A stretch of DNA of 58,743 nt from a virus. Lineage: Duplodnaviria > Caudoviricetes. Each line of letters opens with the position of its first letter. Position 1 is the first letter of the stretch. Where the stretch lies: positions 1 to 58,743 of the IMG/VR virus record IMGVR_UViG_3300011434_000345; one strand, written 5' to 3'. The notes under the pieces were generated by a model that was given only the letters and a program-made list of their open reading frames with translations, did no database searches and was not told the DNA's origin. The translations under genes and the position numbers were made by a program. Below, one piece after another: positions 54,873 to 58,743 of this stretch.

Positions 54873-56641
54873 GAGCGGCCCCCTCGGGTCTTGGCTTCGA
54901 GGGCGGCAATTTCGGCGTCAAGGTCGGCGGGCGGCATGTCAGCAACCGGGCGCAGGGACGACGTATTCATTCGTCCCTGCCCGCTGAGCTCGCCTCGCGC
55001 CCGCATGCCCGGCAAGTCCCGGCGCGGAGTCGTCGCAAGCTTCAATTCGCGGTCGAGTATCGCAGGCAACCGCTGTTGGGCCAGGGTCAATTTCTGCTCA
55101 AACGCTTCGGCTGACATTTCAGTGCCAGTCGGAATATACCCAAAGATCACCGCCTTCTCGGCCCCGGTGAGGGACTTCCCCGCCTCGCCAAATGCCTCAG
55201 CCTTGCCCATGGCGATCAACGCGGCAAACCGGGCAAACTTCGGATCGGCCTTCCCCGTGAGCGCATCGGTGGCTAACTGCTGGGCCTGCTGCGCATTCAT
55301 CCGAAAGCCGCCGAGGCCCACATAGTGCTTGCGCTCTTCCGGCGTAAACTCACTCGTGAGCTGCTTCGCCACATCCTCAGCTTGCGTAAAAGCATTAAGG
55401 CGAATCCGTTCTGGGCCTTCAAGCGGGCGCTCCCCCTGTGCCGCGGCCCCAGTTTGCCGGGCAATGTCCGCGCGCTCTGGCGCAGTCTGACGAAAGGTCT
55501 CTACGTTCCGTCTCACGTGCCGCGCATCCACATCTTGCGTGGCCTGGTCCACCATGGCTTGTGTGGGCGGGCGGCCACTCTGCCGAATCGCATCCCCAAA
55601 CCGCGCATCAAGGGCCGCGTCCATCTCCCACCCATACCCATAGTCCACCTTTTGCGGCTGCCCCAACTTGCGCGCCTCATTGAGCATCTTCCCGCGCTCG
55701 GTCTGGGCCGTATACTGCTTCATCTCCAGTTCCGCCTGTTCCTGCGCCATCTTGAGCTCGGCCTGCTCAATCTTCGCCGTGCGCAGCCCTTGCAGCGTCA
55801 TCATGCCCCAGGCCGGATCATACGTCGGGGGCAAATCGTTCGGCAGCCGAATGCCCTCCTCCCGGAGCCGCTTGACGCCCATTTCATAGGCTTTCTGCGG
55901 GTCAGGGCTGCCCACAATGTTCTTGAGCGTCGTGTACATGCGCTCGGTCACATGCTCCACCTGGGCGATCTTCTGCCCCTGCATCTGCACATGGCGGCTA
56001 TGCACCTGGGCGGTTTTCTCCGGGTCCAGCAGGTACGCCTGCTGAAGCGCCTCCATATTGAGAGGCTGCATGAGGGACGCGAACTGGCTGGGCCGCGGCG
56101 TCGAGGGCTGGGGCGCGGTCAGCCCCCCACCTGGAGGGGAGGCAGGCGGCGGCCCGGCCGGCCCGCCCCCCATCGGTGGAGGCACAGGACCAGGCGGGGG
56201 CGCCGTGAGGCCTCGGGTGGCCGTGGCCAGGGATTGCAGGTCTGCCGGGGCACGCTGCAAGGTCTCCGGCTGCACACCTAGGGGCGGCACAGATGCGGTG
56301 AGGCCATAGGCGCCCTGCCCTGGCGCCGGGGGCAGCGTCTGCGCAGCCATGCTCGGCGGGGGTGGCCCGGTGAGCCCTGCCGGCGCCGGGGGGGGCGGTG
56401 GTCCCCCACCCGTGAGCCCTGGCGCGGAGGGGGCCGGCGGGGCGAACACCTGCGCCATCGCCGCTTGCCAGGCGTCGTCCCGGCTCAAGGCACGCTCATT
56501 GCCCTTGTTCAAAAGGGATTGCCCTCGGCGCTGTTCGTCAAGGGCTTGCACGCGGGCAGCCTGCACATAGGCGTCCCCCAAGTCAAATTTCGGGACTTGG
56601 AACGGTTGCCCCTGCAATGGGATACGTGGGTCAATCGGCAT
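54863..56641 (-). CDS. DNA-ejection protein (P22 gp20 position)
   Basis: MPIDPRIPLQG start, Pro/Gly-rich segment, helical remainder. Confidence 0.65.
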   Translation of the reverse strand: MPIDPRIPLQGQPFQVPKFDLGDAYVQAARVQALDEQRRGQSLLNKGNERALSRDDAWQAAMAQVFAPPAPSAPGLTGGGPPPPPAPAGLTGPPPPSMAAQTLPPAPGQGAYGLTASVPPLGVQPETLQRAPADLQSLATATRGLTAPPPGPVPPPMGGGPAGPPPASPPGGGLTAPQPSTPRPSQFASLMQPLNMEALQQAYLLDPEKTAQVHSRHVQMQGQKIAQVEHVTERMYTTLKNIVGSPDPQKAYEMGVKRLREEGIRLPNDLPPTYDPAWGMMTLQGLRTAKIEQAELKMAQEQAELEMKQYTAQTERGKMLNEARKLGQPQKVDYGYGWEMDAALDARFGDAIRQSGRPPTQAMVDQATQDVDARHVRRNVETFRQTAPERADIARQTGAAAQGERPLEGPERIRLNAFTQAEDVAKQLTSEFTPEERKHYVGLGGFRMNAQQAQQLATDALTGKADPKFARFAALIAMGKAEAFGEAGKSLTGAEKAVIFGYIPTGTEMSAEAFEQKLTLAQQRLPAILDRELKLATTPRRDLPGMRARGELSGQGRMNTSSLRPVADMPPADLDAEIAALEAKTRGGRSWR

Positions 56642-56650
56642 CGGCGGCTC

Positions 56651-58150
56651 CTACGCCCCAGACCGGCGATTGAGATAATCCAGGAACGCATAATTCTGCG
56701 CGCCACTGGTGAGACTACTGGCCGCGCCACTCAGTCCCTGACTCCAGGCATTCGCACTGCCCACCTGCCCGGCGGCCTGGGCATTCGCGGCCTGCGTGGA
56801 ATAATCTCCGACGCGGGCTGCGGAGGCGTTGCCGAGTTGCCCGAGCTGCGACGTGGCATTGACGCCATAGCCCGCCAGCGTGGCATAGCGGTTCCAGGTT
56901 TGCTGTTGGGCCTCCTGCTGCGCGACATACGCCTGCCAGGCGCGTTGGTATTCCTGTTCCTGGCTCACCATATCGCGGGCATACCAATCCTGATTGGCCT
57001 GGTAGCCCCGCGTATAGGCGGTCTCATCGTTATAGACGGCGCGGTTGTAATCCTGAATGTTTTGATCACGGGCACGGGTAAAGAGGAGATCGTTGGACGT
57101 GAGGCCCTGGCTAAAGTCCAGCCCTTGCTGTTGCGTGGCCCAATCATAGCGCTGGGTATTCTCCCCAAACAGGCGCTTGTAGGCCATATCGTCTGCCGTC
57201 AGGTTGCGCTGATAATTCGCCTCATTCTGATACCGCGCCCGTTCCTCATCGGTCATATTGGCGGTCAGGCCACGCTGATAGGTGTCCTGATTCTGCGTGT
57301 AGTCTAGCTCATAGTTGCGGGCATTAGCATACCGCGCCCGTTCCTCGTTGGTCATGCTCGCAAACCGCGCCCGTTCCTCGCCCGTCATGTTTTCGAAGGC
57401 TTGCCGCTCGTAGGCTTCCTGCTGTTGTTGCCAGGACCGGCCATACGCCGCTTGATACTCCTGGCTGCCGAGGTCCTGCCCATAGCGTTGCAGGGCCTTG
57501 AGGGTCGCGCCACTCGTGAGCCCGCCCCGCGCCGCCGCACTAGCGTCAATCGCCTGTTGCCCTTGCGCGAGCCGAAACTGATAGCCCGGGTCATCGGTGA
57601 CGGTCGGGGGCTTAAACGTAAAATCCCCGAGCCCTTGCGTACTCGTCGCCGTGTACTGCTCGGGCATGTAGCGGTACTGGCTCGCGTCCAGCGTCGGGCT
57701 GTTGAAGGCTTGCTGGGGCGTATAGCGATAGTCATTGGGGTTCAGCGCCGTGGGGCTCTGAAAGCGATAGGCATTGGGGTCCACGGTCGCCGGGCGCTGC
57801 CAGGCATAGGCCCCTTGGTCAAACTGATAGTCGCCCTGGTTGACACCGGGGGGTGGGGTGTAGGCATAGGCGGAGCCCGGCGTGATCGTGTTGGGGCTCT
57901 GCCAGCCGGGGCGGTATTGCCCCTGGTCCGCCTGGTCCCGCAAAATAGGCAGAGCCGCATGCCCCGCATCCAGCCACGGGATCAGGTCCTCGCGCTGCTG
58001 GTAGTATTGCTCCCGCTCAAACCCCAGGGCCTGGCCCGCGGCATTGCCCTGGGCCTGCGCGGCCTTCTTAGCGGCATTGCTTTGGAGCGCCGCCCCCCCC
58101 ACGCTCGCCGCCACGCCGGCGACCGCCACCCCAGCCGCGACAAAGACCAT
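56651..58150 (-). CDS. DNA transfer / pilot protein (P22 gp7-like)
   Basis: Gly/Ala-rich hydrophobic N-terminus, DPGYQFRL.QG...SAAARGG..SGATLKAL..YGQ..GSQEY, AAGQVGSANAW. Confidence 0.8.
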   Translation of the reverse strand: MVFVAAGVAVAGVAASVGGAALQSNAAKKAAQAQGNAAGQALGFEREQYYQQREDLIPWLDAGHAALPILRDQADQGQYRPGWQSPNTITPGSAYAYTPPPGVNQGDYQFDQGAYAWQRPATVDPNAYRFQSPTALNPNDYRYTPQQAFNSPTLDASQYRYMPEQYTATSTQGLGDFTFKPPTVTDDPGYQFRLAQGQQAIDASAAARGGLTSGATLKALQRYGQDLGSQEYQAAYGRSWQQQQEAYERQAFENMTGEERARFASMTNEERARYANARNYELDYTQNQDTYQRGLTANMTDEERARYQNEANYQRNLTADDMAYKRLFGENTQRYDWATQQQGLDFSQGLTSNDLLFTRARDQNIQDYNRAVYNDETAYTRGYQANQDWYARDMVSQEQEYQRAWQAYVAQQEAQQQTWNRYATLAGYGVNATSQLGQLGNASAARVGDYSTQAANAQAAGQVGSANAWSQGLSGAASSLTSGAQNYAFLDYLNRRSGA

Positions 58151-58153
58151 GGC

Positions 58154-58624
58154 TTAGCTCCTCAGCAGCTTGGAGAAATGTTTCTCGGTCCATGCATACC
58201 CGAGCCGCTCGTACAACCGGGACAAGTCGAGCCCGTCGTGGATCTTGGTCCCAGCCGTCAGACGCACCACCCCCCGGCGCTGGGCTTCCGCTTCGACGGC
58301 CTGAAACAAGCGCCAGGCCGTGAAGCCCTGGCGGTACGCAGGCAGCAGGTACACAATATCCATAATCCCGTGCAGCGTGCTGCGGTAGTGGAGATGCCCC
58401 ACCACGAGCCCTTTCCAGTAGCCCACCAGCGCCCCATCCGCCCGCACGGTGACAAGGAGGAGCTTCCCCAGGGCATCGAGGGCGGCATAGCCCTCCAGGT
58501 CCACCTCGAGGGGCACCTCCGCTTGATGAATGGCCACTTCGCGCCAGTGCTGCACCCACAACGGCGGGGCATCAGCAGCATAGGTGGCCCAGGACTCCAC
58601 CTGATAGGTGACGCTAGGACGCAC
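58154..58624 (-). CDS. GNAT-family acetyltransferase-like protein
   Basis: TVRADGALVGY...HLHY...DIVYLLPAYRQG....LF..VE.EA...G...LYERLGY; start uncertain (ORF open to 58672). Confidence 0.8.
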   Translation of the reverse strand: MRPSVTYQVESWATYAADAPPLWVQHWREVAIHQAEVPLEVDLEGYAALDALGKLLLVTVRADGALVGYWKGLVVGHLHYRSTLHGIMDIVYLLPAYRQGFTAWRLFQAVEAEAQRRGVVRLTAGTKIHDGLDLSRLYERLGYAWTEKHFSKLLRS

Positions 58625-58743
58625 GGTCGCTGTGGATATCGATGATAAGCGAGAGTCGCTCGCTGTCGCCATCGTTGGTCACTCCATGCAGTTGTGAATT
58701 ATCGACCATCCAACATTCGCCGGGCTTCATCTCCACCTGCTCA
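58621..58743. repeat. Second copy of the 123-bp terminal overlap
   Basis: Identical to 1-123. Confidence 0.97.

Overview
This window looks like a complete, circularly assembled temperate phage genome. Positions 1-123 are identical to 58621-58743, giving about 58,620 bp of unique sequence, and one gene reads through the junction. The minus strand holds a P22-like podovirus virion module: TerS, TerL, portal, scaffold, P22-gp5-like coat, gp4- and gp10-like tail proteins, three DNA-ejection proteins (one with an SLT domain), tail fibre/spike proteins, a glycosyltransferase and a methyltransferase. The middle region has a tyrosine integrase, a cI/cro-type switch with five matching operators, three further divergent regulator switches, a RepA/AAA helicase followed by a 9-bp iteron array, and several HNH genes. 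The standout feature is a ~12 kb conjugation module inside the phage's + strand arm. It contains a TraD-like accessory gene, a candidate MOBQ oriT, a MobA/MobL relaxase, a VirD4/TraG coupling protein and a Trb-type T4SS (TrbC, D, E, J, L, F, I, G). The module is trimmed: no TrbB/VirB11, a coupling protein without membrane anchor, and short TrbE and TrbG. It is interleaved with phage-type genes and converges on a cluster of holin-like genes with no recognisable endolysin. The simplest reading is a phage-ICE hybrid (conjugative prophage). All calls come from reading motifs by eye; no database searches were run, and the host and attP site were not identified.
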